NCBI GenBank assembly: GCA_977862235.1
Contig: OZ374560.1
Location: forward strand, 434,001-498,000
Origin: Dudresnaya verticillata
Lineage: Eukaryota
Direction of reading: 5' to 3'
DNA length: 64,000 bases
In this document: in pieces, positions 37,679 through 48,870 of the stretch
How positions within the stretch are numbered: the stretch's first letter is position 1
How the letters are laid out: every line of letters starts with the position of its first letter
The notes under the pieces: model-generated
What the model was told of the DNA's origin: nothing
Databases searched by the model: none
Seen by the model: only the letters and a program-made list of their open reading frames with translations
Made by a program: the position numbers and the translations under genes

Positions 37679-38442
37679 CGTGTTGCGGGGTGTCCGCATT
37701 ATTTCCTGGCGCTTGTATCAGCGCGGTATCGGGCCCAGGTGGGTGAGGGAGATCCTCTTGCAGCGTGTCATGCCGCGATGTGGACGACGCCAGAGTTGCC
37801 GAAATTCGGCGGCTCCGTCTGAGAGCGCCTTCCGGCGGTTAACCGCAGGAATTCCTGGAGAGCGGAGTCCCGCGTAGTGGGGAGTTGACTGGATATTCCA
37901 GAAGCTGCACCGGAACCCGCGTGAGTGCTTTGCGGGCCATCCGCGGTATTGTTGCGAAATCGCGCCCTCGGTGGTGCAATTGCGCACGAAGCCATCCCCG
38001 CGGGGTGAAGTTATCGGAGACGACTTGTTGCGCTGTTTCTTGACTGCGGATTTCCGCTGGAGCGATGAACTTCGTAGCGCAGCGTAGACCCGCTGATGTG
38101 TGGCTTGTTCGCCAAATGAGCTTCTCTACTGCACACGGCAGGTAAAGCGAAAGTATGGGATGATTCCATTTGAGGGCGAAGTTTTGGCGGATGAAGCCGC
38201 ATGCATCGCGATGAAACGGGCTTATCCAGTAACCGGACAGGCGAAGCCGTTGGAAAACCGACAACGGTATGCCGCATCGGCCTCCTCAGGGTACTTCCCT
38301 ATCATGCGGAGTTGCTTGCTGACCTGGCCGTTGCCGGTTAGTCGGAGCATCTACGGATATCCGTTTTTCGCGTAGCCCATCTGGGACTTAGCCGAAATGC
38401 GACGTCTCTTCGGTGGGACGCACGATGGTGCGCACGCCGGGG

Positions 38443-41166
38443 TCAAGGGTGACTGTTGCCAAATTCTGGGATCTGATTGGCCCCAATGTTTGGGGCCAAA
38501 GCAACAGCCAATCCTTGCACATAGCATGGCGTACAGTTCATGAAACGCCGACCTGTCCGGTACTTCGCGATGCTGCGACCGAGTCCGAGAATAGCCGACT
38601 TTCGGCAACCATTTTTCTTGACTTGGTCGTCGCGAGGAACGCGTTCGGGTACGGGACTATGGAGCACAGGGGATTCCCCCAGAGGCAATTGCCTAACACG
38701 AGGAGCCACTTCTACGTCAAGTAGGAGCTCATCTACAGATGCCAATTGCACACTTGTGGCTGCAAACTTTGTCGGGTAATCCCGTGGGGAAGTACCTTCG
38801 CGAACGCGTTTGTCCTCGGGAACTCCCGCTTGTATTATCGACGTTTGCGAAGTAGGGACTTTTCCCCACTTGTCGGAGACTGCGGAACAATTTCCGCTTG
38901 ATTGCTCTGATTCAGAGTCTGCGAAAGGGGCTTGTCCCCAGGTGCTTGCGAATTTCCGCGATGATGTGTTACTCGAGGATGCCTCCTCATAATTATCGTG
39001 GCCACCCACAATATTTAATTCTGCTGCTGCTTGAGAAGCGGGAGCAGGAATCAGTTGGGGTGGTCCCCAACTATACAAAGTAGCGAAATCGCTCTGGTTT
39101 TGGTTGGGACTATCTGGCAGTCCCAATAATTGTGGATTGACACCACACTGCCGTTGCCTGAACACCTCTGTCCGGCGTGGCGAATTCCCAGTATCAAGTG
39201 GCTTTCCCACAATGATGCTCCGGTAGTCAAAACCGTCGAGTGTGGAACCGTCAGAAAGGCGAACTCTAACATTGGGAATTCCCATTTCGTCGAACGGGTC
39301 CGCGAGGGAACTAGATATGGACAAACGCATGCTGGGATGTGGCACGAGTTTGCCAATGCCTTGCTGAGGAGAAACCCTCTGTGGTAGCTGACCGAAATTG
39401 GTGACAAGCACCAGGAAGGGTTTGTCAGGTTCAACCTGAACAACGCCCGCGTGAACAGCGCACGAGTGCTCTTTCTGGAAACTTGACTGTGGGATTACCA
39501 CTTGAATACCATGGCGCTTTTTCATCACTTCGACCCAGGTCGTCGCCTGCGGTAGCAGCCAAACGGGACGGGTGACTCGCATCTTAGGCGATACGCGACC
39601 GCGAAGTGGAGAGTACTCCTGAGAGTTTGGAAGGGGCGGTCCCCGAAGCACGCGTTTGTGCATTCTCCGAACTATTGGAACGGAGAGTCCGGAAGCTAAC
39701 TCGACACTTCTCCGGGCCGGCCATATGGCCTCGACGAACTCGTCACAAAACTCTGCGCCGAATACGGCAGGTACGGAGAGATCTCCAACAACGATGAAGT
39801 CAACATCCGTATGGATGTCACCGATGACAACATGAAGGCTGGTAATCCCGAAGGTATTCAGCGGCTTTCCGCGTTCGTCTCGGTAGTCTAGCAGCGGACC
39901 GTACCGCACTGTTGCTTCGTTTTCGGGGAGTACCCGTTGTAGTTCCGACTGCCGAATAAGGTTCGGGTCAGAAAAAGTGTCTAGCACCGTGACAGAACGT
40001 GTCACAGACACCTTTGATAAGCCGAAATCGGCATAGACCGCAGCATTCCGTCCACGCATGATGCGTATTCCCCGCTTAGCACGATGTGGAAGTCTTCTCC
40101 AGGGTCGTCGTAGGGCATAGTCCGTTGTCAGTACAGAGGAATGGCTCGTGATTCTCCGTGTGAGGACTCGAGGGGCGCGGTATGGGAGGATTTCCTCATA
40201 GCGATGAGTCGGGATGTCAGTTGCCGTTTCAATGGCAGTGCCGACTTCCGCAGGTTGTGACCGAGAATGTTGATGTTCAACGTGCGAAGGTACAAGGGGT
40301 CTTTCCCCGGTTTCTGGAGCAGGTCTCCATCTGATGCCGACTGTACGAATGTTGGCGTCACACTTTTTAGGGCGCTGGCTACATAGCTGATGCCCCGTGT
40401 ACTCCGGGAAATCCGGTTGAGTCGTCATGACGAGATCCTCTTCGTGTTCACGAAGTGCATCGAACATGTGGAGATACCCACTGTTATAATGGTTTGTAAC
40501 CGGGATCGTCTCGGTCTCGCTGTCAGACCAAGGGTTGCTCAGTTCCGACGATGTGGAACTCCACAGGGAAGAGCAAGAGGATGTTCTCATGGAGGAGAAG
40601 GTCGATGACTCCGAAGGTGCAAAGCACCTGCTGCAATTGTCGCTTGACGACTGTGGCGACCTGAAGGTCCGTGATGAGGTGGCTGAGCACCAGGTCGAGT
40701 CTTCCGAAGGTAACGAGACTGTCTCAGACCCTCGTATGGATGGAGAAAGACACGCCGCAGGGGGCGGATCAGGATATGAGGAGTTCCTCTGTGGTGGCCA
40801 TGTACATTGTTCGGACCAGACGGCAGAGCGGATATCCGCGTGGTGACGGGTGTATCCCGAATGACTTGGGATGACACCCCATTCCCGAATAGGCGGAAGT
40901 GATGCCGAAATCGGCGATGGTGGAATGGGCAGCGAAGGCGGAGATGCCGGCTGCCTGCCTTGGACCTGGCCAGTCGGGAGAGCCCCGGCTGGGTCAGGAG
41001 GTACTATCTCCACCGAGGGTGGTACACGAGGAACACCCCCATTGGGCATTGCCGAAAAGGCGGCTTGGACCGCAGGACATGCCTGCGCACGAGCTCGCGT
41101 AACCAGAGCAGCTCCAGGCTGCGATGGGGCGGACCTTGCCGACGACGGCTGTCGACGGAGTGGCAT
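38443..41166 (-). CDS. Element B long ORF (about 907 aa from ATG 41166): Pro/Ser-rich region, retropepsin-like domain, beta-rich post-protease domain; no RT/RH/IN
   Basis: Uninterrupted frame; TVLDTFSDPNLI...PAVFGAEFC; no YxDD or integrase motifs seen anywhere in the element. Confidence 0.75.
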   Translation of the reverse strand: MPLRRQPSSARSAPSQPGAALVTRARAQACPAVQAAFSAMPNGGVPRVPPSVEIVPPDPAGALPTGQVQGRQPASPPSLPIPPSPISASLPPIREWGVIPSHSGYTRHHADIRSAVWSEQCTWPPQRNSSYPDPPPAACLSPSIRGSETVSLPSEDSTWCSATSSRTFRSPQSSSDNCSRCFAPSESSTFSSMRTSSCSSLWSSTSSELSNPWSDSETETIPVTNHYNSGYLHMFDALREHEEDLVMTTQPDFPEYTGHQLCSQRPKKCDANIRTVGIRWRPAPETGERPLVPSHVEHQHSRSQPAEVGTAIETATDIPTHRYEEILPYRAPRVLTRRITSHSSVLTTDYALRRPWRRLPHRAKRGIRIMRGRNAAVYADFGLSKVSVTRSVTVLDTFSDPNLIRQSELQRVLPENEATVRYGPLLDYRDERGKPLNTFGITSLHVVIGDIHTDVDFIVVGDLSVPAVFGAEFCDEFVEAIWPARRSVELASGLSVPIVRRMHKRVLRGPPLPNSQEYSPLRGRVSPKMRVTRPVWLLPQATTWVEVMKKRHGIQVVIPQSSFQKEHSCAVHAGVVQVEPDKPFLVLVTNFGQLPQRVSPQQGIGKLVPHPSMRLSISSSLADPFDEMGIPNVRVRLSDGSTLDGFDYRSIIVGKPLDTGNSPRRTEVFRQRQCGVNPQLLGLPDSPNQNQSDFATLYSWGPPQLIPAPASQAAAELNIVGGHDNYEEASSSNTSSRKFASTWGQAPFADSESEQSSGNCSAVSDKWGKVPTSQTSIIQAGVPEDKRVREGTSPRDYPTKFAATSVQLASVDELLLDVEVAPRVRQLPLGESPVLHSPVPERVPRDDQVKKNGCRKSAILGLGRSIAKYRTGRRFMNCTPCYVQGLAVALAPNIGANQIPEFGNSHP

Positions 41167-41908
41167 GGCAGAAATTCTGCGATGTATGTGGAAGGTAGAA
41201 TGTGAAGAACGGTAGTTCCGTAGCGTACATAACGTAGCCAATCGGAATTTCCGAACTTCTAGGTCGGGAGACCAAATGTGGTGCAAATCCACTGCTGAAA
41301 ACAACAACGGAGGACACACCTCGGGCGTTCGGGACCCGCGGGTAGCGGTAGTAGGGGGTAGTGTGGTAGAGCGTGGGGAGTAGCCCCGTAGCGTGACTGT
41401 AAAACGCCACGAGACGAAAGAAAAAGGGAGGAACCCTAAAATAGCGGGAAGGCAAAGGAAAAAGGAGAAAACAGGGTTCTGTATGATGAAGAAGGGGTAC
41501 GCACGCACTGGAGTCCCTCCTGACGACGAAGGTGTCGGTCAAGGGTAGGGAGGTGTGTGTCGTAGAGCCCGAGCGTGGCTTGTTTACTGAATGAGGGCGC
41601 GCCCCTAGCTCTAATATACTATGTACATGCGGGTGCGCCGCAAATGAAGTGGGGAAGGGAGCGTGCCATTTGGAGATTCGTGACACGCGAAAAGGGATTA
41701 ACTAAAATTAACTAAAATTAAGGGTGGCTGACAGTGCGTACAGTAGCGAAGATCCGCCACCATAATCTGCCACCCGTTGCCGCCGGCGCGCAGGACTTAC
41801 AGGCCGGGCGCCTTACAGGGGCAGTCCCCAAGGGCATTGCTGGCGGGGAGTCCGCGATTTGAGGTAAATGAGCACCGGTGAATTGCACCACAATCTGCCC
41901 TTCAATAT

Positions 41909-42752
41909 TGAGGTATAACGAAGTCCACGGTGACGCGGGGAAGTCTCGCACTGTAAGTAATGGCCTCGGAGCCTAACCAATGGCCTCGTAGCCTAACAGA
42001 GAAACGGAAAGGGGTGGTAGCGTGGTAGAGCGGAGCGACCAACACGAAGGACCACGGTGTCAACGTATTCGTGTGCGGAAGGGAGAACTCGAGCGATCGA
42101 TCACCGGGGATGACTCCGGGTGCACGGGGCTATCGAAAGCGAGGCTCGACCGTATCCGCGGTCACGAAGACGAAGACACCGAACTCGAAGAAACAGGCGT
42201 TTACCGAAGACTCCGAGGTCCGGGCGCTAGTCGCTTACCGGAAACCCTCGGAGGTTGTCCCAGACGACTGGCTAAGTAATACTACGTGAGCACTAACACA
42301 CGTCAACGCGGGAGACGGTTCGTACTCGAATGATTCGTAACGGACTCGGTGCCAACGAACGGTCGTCTCACGTATGGTGGCGGTTACGAAGTGCGCCAGT
42401 GATGGATACGGAGGTGCACGCGTGTCGTGGACCACGGTACCGTTACGCGCGGGAAACAACGGGAAGATCACGAAGGTGTCAGCGATTTCGTATCGGGTGC
42501 GCACTGTAATGCGAATGCCATCGTGGCGCGCGCGATCACGAAGTCCACTCGGAATTCGTCCGGAGGTGTCAGCGATTTCGTATCGCATGCGTGCTGTAAT
42601 GCGAATGCCATCGTGGCACGTGCAGAGTATGCGCACTGTAATACGTTTCCCATCGTGGCGTGCGCATTCACGGAGTCACTTCGAAATTCGTATTTCTCGA
42701 TTATTTTTCACGTAGACCACGGAGTCGTTTTGCGCAAAGCGTCTATACCACA
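41909..42752 (-). mobile_element. Solo LTR E2 (844 bp)
   Basis: Inverted homolog of 17837-18678; TSD AATAT at 41904-41908 and 42753-42757. Confidence 0.92.
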
Positions 42753-43099
42753 AATATGGGTCTGAGGGACCTAAAAGATATCTTTACAATCCGTCTGTTA
42801 CCTCCATTATGGTTATCGCATGTCCGGCTATGAACGTTGCCACTAGGAGACGCTTTTATTTTGATAAAAAGTACTCTGTTCTAGCCCATGTAGCCATGAG
42901 CCCCTAATGTGGGAACGCTTGGCCCATACAGCAACTTCCTGTATGAGGACGCTGAGGATGAGGCCTTTGCTTTTTTTGCGGTTACATTTTCTTGCGCCAG
43001 CACCAGAGCAAAGCAGACAGGCATAACCTTAACCGCAGCCGAGCGCACACCGTCGGCGCCTCCCAACAAGCCCGCTTGTGGCCGCTCCCGCCCGACCAC

Positions 43100-43295
43100 A
43101 CCCCGCTCTCGCCAGCCGGCATGCTTTGCCGGCCGCTCCCGCTCGAACGCGCTCCCCCACGCCCCAAGAACACGCGTGCCGCCGCTGCCGCCTCCAAAAC
43201 AGCCCGCGCCTGCCCAACCCCTTTCTCGCCCGGGTGGCATACTTTGCCGGCCGCTCCCGCTGGAGTCTCTCGCGCTGGAGCGAGCTCCCCCACAC
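43100..43295. repeat. GC-rich imperfect direct repeat
   Basis: GGCAT(G/A)CTTTGCCGGCCGCTCCCGCT occurs at about 43117 and 43236, each followed by GCTCCCCCAC. Confidence 0.7.
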
Positions 43296-44058
43296 CGTAG
43301 GTTCACGCGGGCCCCCAGCGGCGGCGGTCCAGGCGACTGTGGCTACAACAACGGTCGCGCTGGCCACGCCGTGTTCCAAGCGGCCAGCCGCCGTTGCCTG
43401 ACTGACACACCTGTCCTCGTCGTCCCTCTTGCAGCCCATCGTGGTCTGCGGTATTTGGTGTTACACAAGGGTAATCCATACCTAGTCAATAGGCACTTTC
43501 TGAGGAAAGCAGAGCTTGGGGGCTACTGGCACGTTTGAGGGTCGGCATCAGATGGATGTGGGTGCGACGTGTCGGCTGGGTTGCTTTCAGAAGCACTGGG
43601 AGAGCGGTTGTTTCGACATGTGTGATGCAAGAGGCGAGCGTTATGACGGCTTGATGGATCGGTTGAACTTCGGCCGACCTGCATGCCGCTCAAACGTCTC
43701 GAGAGACGATAGAGAGATTGGCGGGATCCGACGCGCGTGAGAGCCCGCTGTGGCCCGGCGCGCTGCACCCAACTCCGCTATTGGGCTCTCGTGCTCTCTT
43801 CCAGCGTGGAGCGCCCACTCTCGCGCCAGCCGCGCCCGAGGTCCGCGTCCACACACCGCAAGCTTGCGGAGCCCCGGAGGCATGAATCCGGGTGGTGTGT
43901 AAAATTGTGTGATGTGTTGGGTGGGGAGGAGGAGGGGGCGACGGGGTGTAGCTTGCAAGAATTCGACTTACTCATCCGGGTACGCTGTTTGTTTTACTGT
44001 GAAAACGTACGTTTGCACGTGCACCTGTGTTCTACTCATGGAGCTACTCTCGAAGCTT

Positions 44059-45063
44059 TTAAACAGGCTGACGCCCTATTGACTTAAGCCAGGCTTCTGT
44101 CTTCAGGCGGTTTACGTTAACTTTCGAATTCGAAAGCCTCCGCAGGCGACAGCGTTCTTTGCGTGTGAAGTAAAGACTCTTTAGTAGAAGTAATCTTTGG
44201 GGAGCAAGGTCCCTAAGTCGCCGAATATCGCCGGCTGGTTCGCGGTAGTCTAGTGCTTCTATTGAGCGCTGCTTTGCGTTCGCGTTTGCGGTGCGCCTAG
44301 AATCCGTTTTTGCAAGAGCGTTAAGGACGACGTCGTTCGTCAGGTTACACCCGCGCTTCGTATCCACGCGAATAGTTCCAGCATACTCCACGTCTGCATC
44401 CCGAGGCAGACTTCTCCCTCTGCTTGCAAAAGATGTTACTAGCTTCTGTAAAGTTTGCGGCCTCTTGTCTTCCACATCCGACTTAGAACTGCTGTTGAAT
44501 AAATGTGCGAGATTTAGAACGTTAGTGACTCTCCGTTCACGGTCCCATATCCCTGAACGATGGAATCCCTCTGTAATGTACCGCGGCACCACAGACCGAT
44601 CGTATGCGTTGCGAATGAATAGAGCAATGTCAAACGCATTCAACACGTTCGGTCGGGACTTGCAAGTCCTTGTTTGACGAGCCGCAGAGTGGATTTCATT
44701 CTGCAACGCAGCTCTGTAAGACGAAAACACGGAGACATCCAACGGCTGGCACACGTGGGAAGTGTGCGAGGGCATCGCAATAGTCACAATGCGGTTACTT
44801 CTAAATAGATGAAGCGTTCGAAACTGAACAAGGGAACCATATCCGTCAATTATTAAAAGAATATAGGCCCTATTAGTACGCAAAGACTGCGTTTCCACAA
44901 CAAACGTCTTCGCCCAGTCGAAAATAATGGCTGAGTCAACCCCCGGTATTTCGCGTTGATACAGGTAGCAAGGTGGCAATATTTCTTGCAATGTTTGAAC
45001 GCTGTTAGGTTTTAAGCGCCTGTAGAGCGCCTGTTTTCCTGGATACACAATAACTGGCGTTAA
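44059..45063 (-). pseudogene. pogo/Fot1-type transposase 2, DDE_1 and C-terminal part, cut off by LTR C
   Basis: PVIVYPG, LLIIDGYGS, MPSHTSHVCQPLDVSVF, GFHRSGIW; collinear with transposase 1. Confidence 0.92.
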
Positions 45064-47350
45064 TGTGGTGCAAGGGGGGGTGAGCCCCTTCTTCGCTGAA
45101 AGCGGAGCGACAAATACGTCGACCGACGGAGAAACCGCCACCGGTGCTCACCACCGCCGTTAGCGCACGAACACGTCATCGACGGCTCACTGGGGCGCAC
45201 GCACACGTTGCGCACCGCGCGTCATGCGGGCACTGTACGGTGATGGGCCGATATGGCGCCCCGGGGCACTGTAACACGGATCTAGATGGGATCCGGATCC
45301 GGTATCCGGATTGGCTATCTGGATCGCCTGCGCTGTAATGTAAGCGCCTGTAAGGCTGCGAGTGTCTCATTGCTGGCCCGGATCCGGATGGGGATCGGGA
45401 TCGGACAAGTATTGGATTAGATGAAGGGCGCACGCTCTACAGTACGCGCGCGCACGGCTGTATGGCGCACGCGTCCACGTGTGTGTGTAAGCGCCCACGC
45501 AGGGGGTTCCGCGGCAACCTGTCAGGCGCGCGGCTTCATACGATGGGTGATCTGTCAGACGCGCCTCGGGACGACACGTGTCCCAAGTTCCCGCGCTACG
45601 CACCCGCACCGCCGCCGCCGCACCGTCGTGCTATACTTAGGTAAGCCGTCCCAGACGTAGCAGTAAACGCCCGGGCAAGCCGGCCTTGGTCCAGACTTCC
45701 CCATTCCGCACACGCGTACCCTCCGCTACCGCTGCCTACGGCCTAATCGTCTACCTCCCGTGCTTCCACGATCAACCACCGTCGTTGACGTGTTTCCTTT
45801 TTGTTCTCTTTTGTTCTTCCTTTCCGCCTCGGACGTTTACAGTCTGCCCAAGGCGTGTCAACCGCTCTACCACAAGCCGCCCTAGGCGAGGTTACTCACC
45901 GCCACGGGCGTCATTACCCTCCAAGCCCCGAACTGCTCGGCGGTGTTTCGTCCAGGACGTTGGCACCACATCTGGTCTCCCGACCTAGAATTTTGCTACG
46001 TTTCAACGAGTGCCTCCGTCGTGTGACGTCCGACTTTCCGTCTTCAAACGTTTGTCGCCAATCGTCCGCGACTTTCAAGCAACTCTATGACTGCATTATG
46101 GCCTCACGACCGCCGCCGTCGCGAGGCCCAAGTCCAAGAAGACCGTCATCGCCGCCTGGGAGTGTCCCCGCGTCAGAATGGTCGCTACAGCGGATGAAAA
46201 CAAGATCAGGGCGCCTCGTGAGCCCGCAGATCGCGTTGGCCTTCCCGACACGACCCCCGGGCCACGGCCACGCAGGCTCCCACGCGTCGCTTAAAGGAGG
46301 AGAGTTACCTCCCCCGCCGACGCGCATTCCTGTTCCCGTCCTCACCTCAGTCACCGAGGGATCGGCCCTCCGCACCTACCGCTCCTACGTTGACTCGGCT
46401 GATACTGTACAAGCCGAGCAACAGCGCGTCGTAGACGGAAGCCAAGCCGACATCGTCGAGGAACAACCGGAACTTCCGAACCAACCAACCATCCCCGTCA
46501 GCAACGATCAGGGGCACTCCGCGGAGCGCAACTTCGCTGACGACCCATTGATACCTGGGGCATGCTGCCCCACTCCCCACGGCAGTGCCGGTTACTCACC
46601 GGCTAAGCCGAAGTCGCCAAGCCAAAGGGCTGAAGGAACGCCCAACCGGTCAACCCCCGAAATCCATCCGCCAACGGCGTCACCCTCGGCCGTCCACGTG
46701 AGTAACTTAACGATACCACGCGAACAGATCCGAGAGGTATGTGTCCTGGAAGACGATGCTTTGCTCGCTAGGATCGCCGGTTTGTTGGACGACAGTGTCG
46801 GAGGAATCGCAAGTCGTCTACAGACGTTGGAAGAAGATCGAGACGGCGCCCTACAAGGGCTTCGCTCCGACCTTGACCGTCTATTGACGAACCAACATGC
46901 CCATGGCTAGGTTACCCAACCACCGCCGGCAGCAACGGTCCATTCTCACCCTGAGCTTAGCTCACTCGATCGCTTTCAGCGACTGGCGACTCGCTTAGAG
47001 CGTCTTGACACCGCCAAGTGGCGCAACGGTCCACCGTCGGGCGAGGAGAGCTCGTGCGAAGACCGTCATAGACGCAATGATCTGAAGAGACGCCGCCGCA
47101 AGCTGCGTCATAGACGGAAGAAGAACCGTCATCGACATGGGGATTCATCCTCGTCCTCTTCGGACTCATCAAGTGACGGAGAGTCATCCGACTCTTCGTC
47201 TGAAGACGACGACTTCCCAGCTCTTGGCAGTTCCGCAAGACCTCGCGGAAAGCGGTTCAAGGGGTTGAAGGAACTACGCCCTTCCAACCCCCTTTTCGAT
47301 CAGCTGCTATCGTATAGGACTTATCGTCTCCAAGATGTAGGGCAGAAACG
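45064..47350 (+). mobile_element. Gypsy-type element C, 5' part only (LTR 45064-45970, PBS 45973-45990, gag-like ORF from 46098)
   Basis: TGTGGTGC...GCACCACA; the same 18-nt PBS as A and B; ORF MASRPPPS... reads past one TAG (46910) to ...LLSYRTYRLQD. No 3' LTR in the window, and the right boundary is approximate. Confidence 0.85.
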
Positions 47351-47441
47351 CCCAAGGCGCGTCCGGTCGTTATCTTTACTTACTCAAAAGTCGTGACGAT
47401 GTGCCCGAGAAACTTGTACAGCTGTCGAACGGCTTCCACGC

Positions 47442-48197
47442 TTGGATACCAACAGCATGCGACTAGCTGGGGACGAACGCAGGTCAGACCACAATGCCCA
47501 CACGACAACCAGACTTTTACGAACCCAGAACCAGACTGATATGCCTAAAACAAAGGTGGGAAGCGATGGCCCCGCCGAAACGGGGACAGGCGGCAAGAAC
47601 AACGCGCCTCAGAAGGCCGGCAAAAAGCCGGGCGCAGGGGACAGTAACGGTGCAAGCTATGGCCATGCTCATACGGGAAAGAGAGTGGTTGCGGACACAG
47701 AGTAAGGGGACGTTCTGCTTCATACACCGGAGAAGAAACCGCAGATGCGACCCCGGCCGCCGAAGGTCTACCGCTGTCCAGTTGTTCGGCGTCGCGTTCT
47801 TCGAGAAGGGGAAGACTTATCAGCGGAACAATCTGGTTCGGATGGCGAGGCACCTTCTGAGTATAGCACCGATGGCTCGGGTGCAGAGAATAACATTGAA
47901 CGCGAAGCGTCACCTACACCCTCCCCCAAGAAGGGGGTCAGGGAACGGACGAGCAACGGAGGAAGACGGGTTTCAACACATGTCTCTGGTTCTGCGGAGG
48001 AAAGCGGCACGAAGCGCGTTCATGATAGAAAGAGGCGCAAGGTGACCAATTCAGGTGCATCACAAAAACGAACATACTAACAGAACCCTGGACGGGCGTC
48101 AGCTGATGACTCTTCGGAAGCCGAACGGAATTCAGATACCGATGATGAAGCGGGCATAGTGTGGCGCAACACTAAGGGGCCTCCGAAACGGACGTAA
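47442..48197 (+). pseudogene. Low-complexity, charged ORF remnant with in-frame stops; function unknown
   Basis: ORFs 47442-47705 and 47745-48080 are in the same frame and continue to 48197; NLS-like RKRRK. Confidence 0.35.
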
Positions 48198-48870
48198 TCG
48201 CCCGGGCCAAGTGGGACAGTCGGCCCAATCAAAAAGGCACGTTTGGCCAGCCGATGACAGTGCGGCCGGGCGGACGCCGGTGAACATGCGCAAGAGACAC
48301 ACGTGTCCAACAAGTGTATACGTGTGTCAAACGTGGCCACCAACGACACCCAAGCGCATCACGTGGCCCGCTGTACACGCATGATCAGTGTGATCGGATC
48401 TGGAGACAAGCGAAAAGAGGAAATTGGATTTGACCGCAAGTGAAATCAAGAGAAAGACAGCAGAAAAATCAAGCGAAAGTCTAACTCATTTGGCCAACCA
48501 CTAACGCAAAAGTACTTGGTTTCGTCTGGTAAGGGTGCAACATTGGCCCGACGCCGGAACACAAGTAGATATTATGGCCGACGGGGAGTAACCTCGGCCA
48601 CTAGCTGTAGAATAGCGCTTGATTAGCTCCAGTGGCCGATTTTGGGCCTACTTAGGTGGCCACAAACTACGGCTCGGCCAGGATAGGTACGAAGCCGTCC
48701 CGCCAGAGGTTGGGAGTAAAGCGTTGCAACCTTTTCCCAACTCGGCCATTTTCCACTGCTCAAGGTCCGCTCTACGTTCGGGCGTTTGCTACGAAATCCG
48801 ATCAGTCTTCCTGGTCCTTTGGGGTCTCATTTCGGCGCCGCACTCAGTGGTGCCTTTCGAGATACTACAC

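Larger units (their letters stand above)
33789..41892 (-). mobile_element. Gypsy/chromovirus-derived non-autonomous LTR element B (same family as A)
   Basis: 616-bp LTRs 33789-34404 and 41277-41892 with few differences; TSD ATCTG at 33784-33788 and 41893-41897; PBS 41257-41274; PPT 34405-34420. Confidence 0.96.

Noticed and set aside
17829..42760. A giant DNA transposon with 840-bp terminal inverted repeats starting CCC
   Set aside because: Each arm has its own TG...CA ends and its own 5-bp TSD, so they are two solo LTRs. The left CCC is part of the pogo coding sequence.
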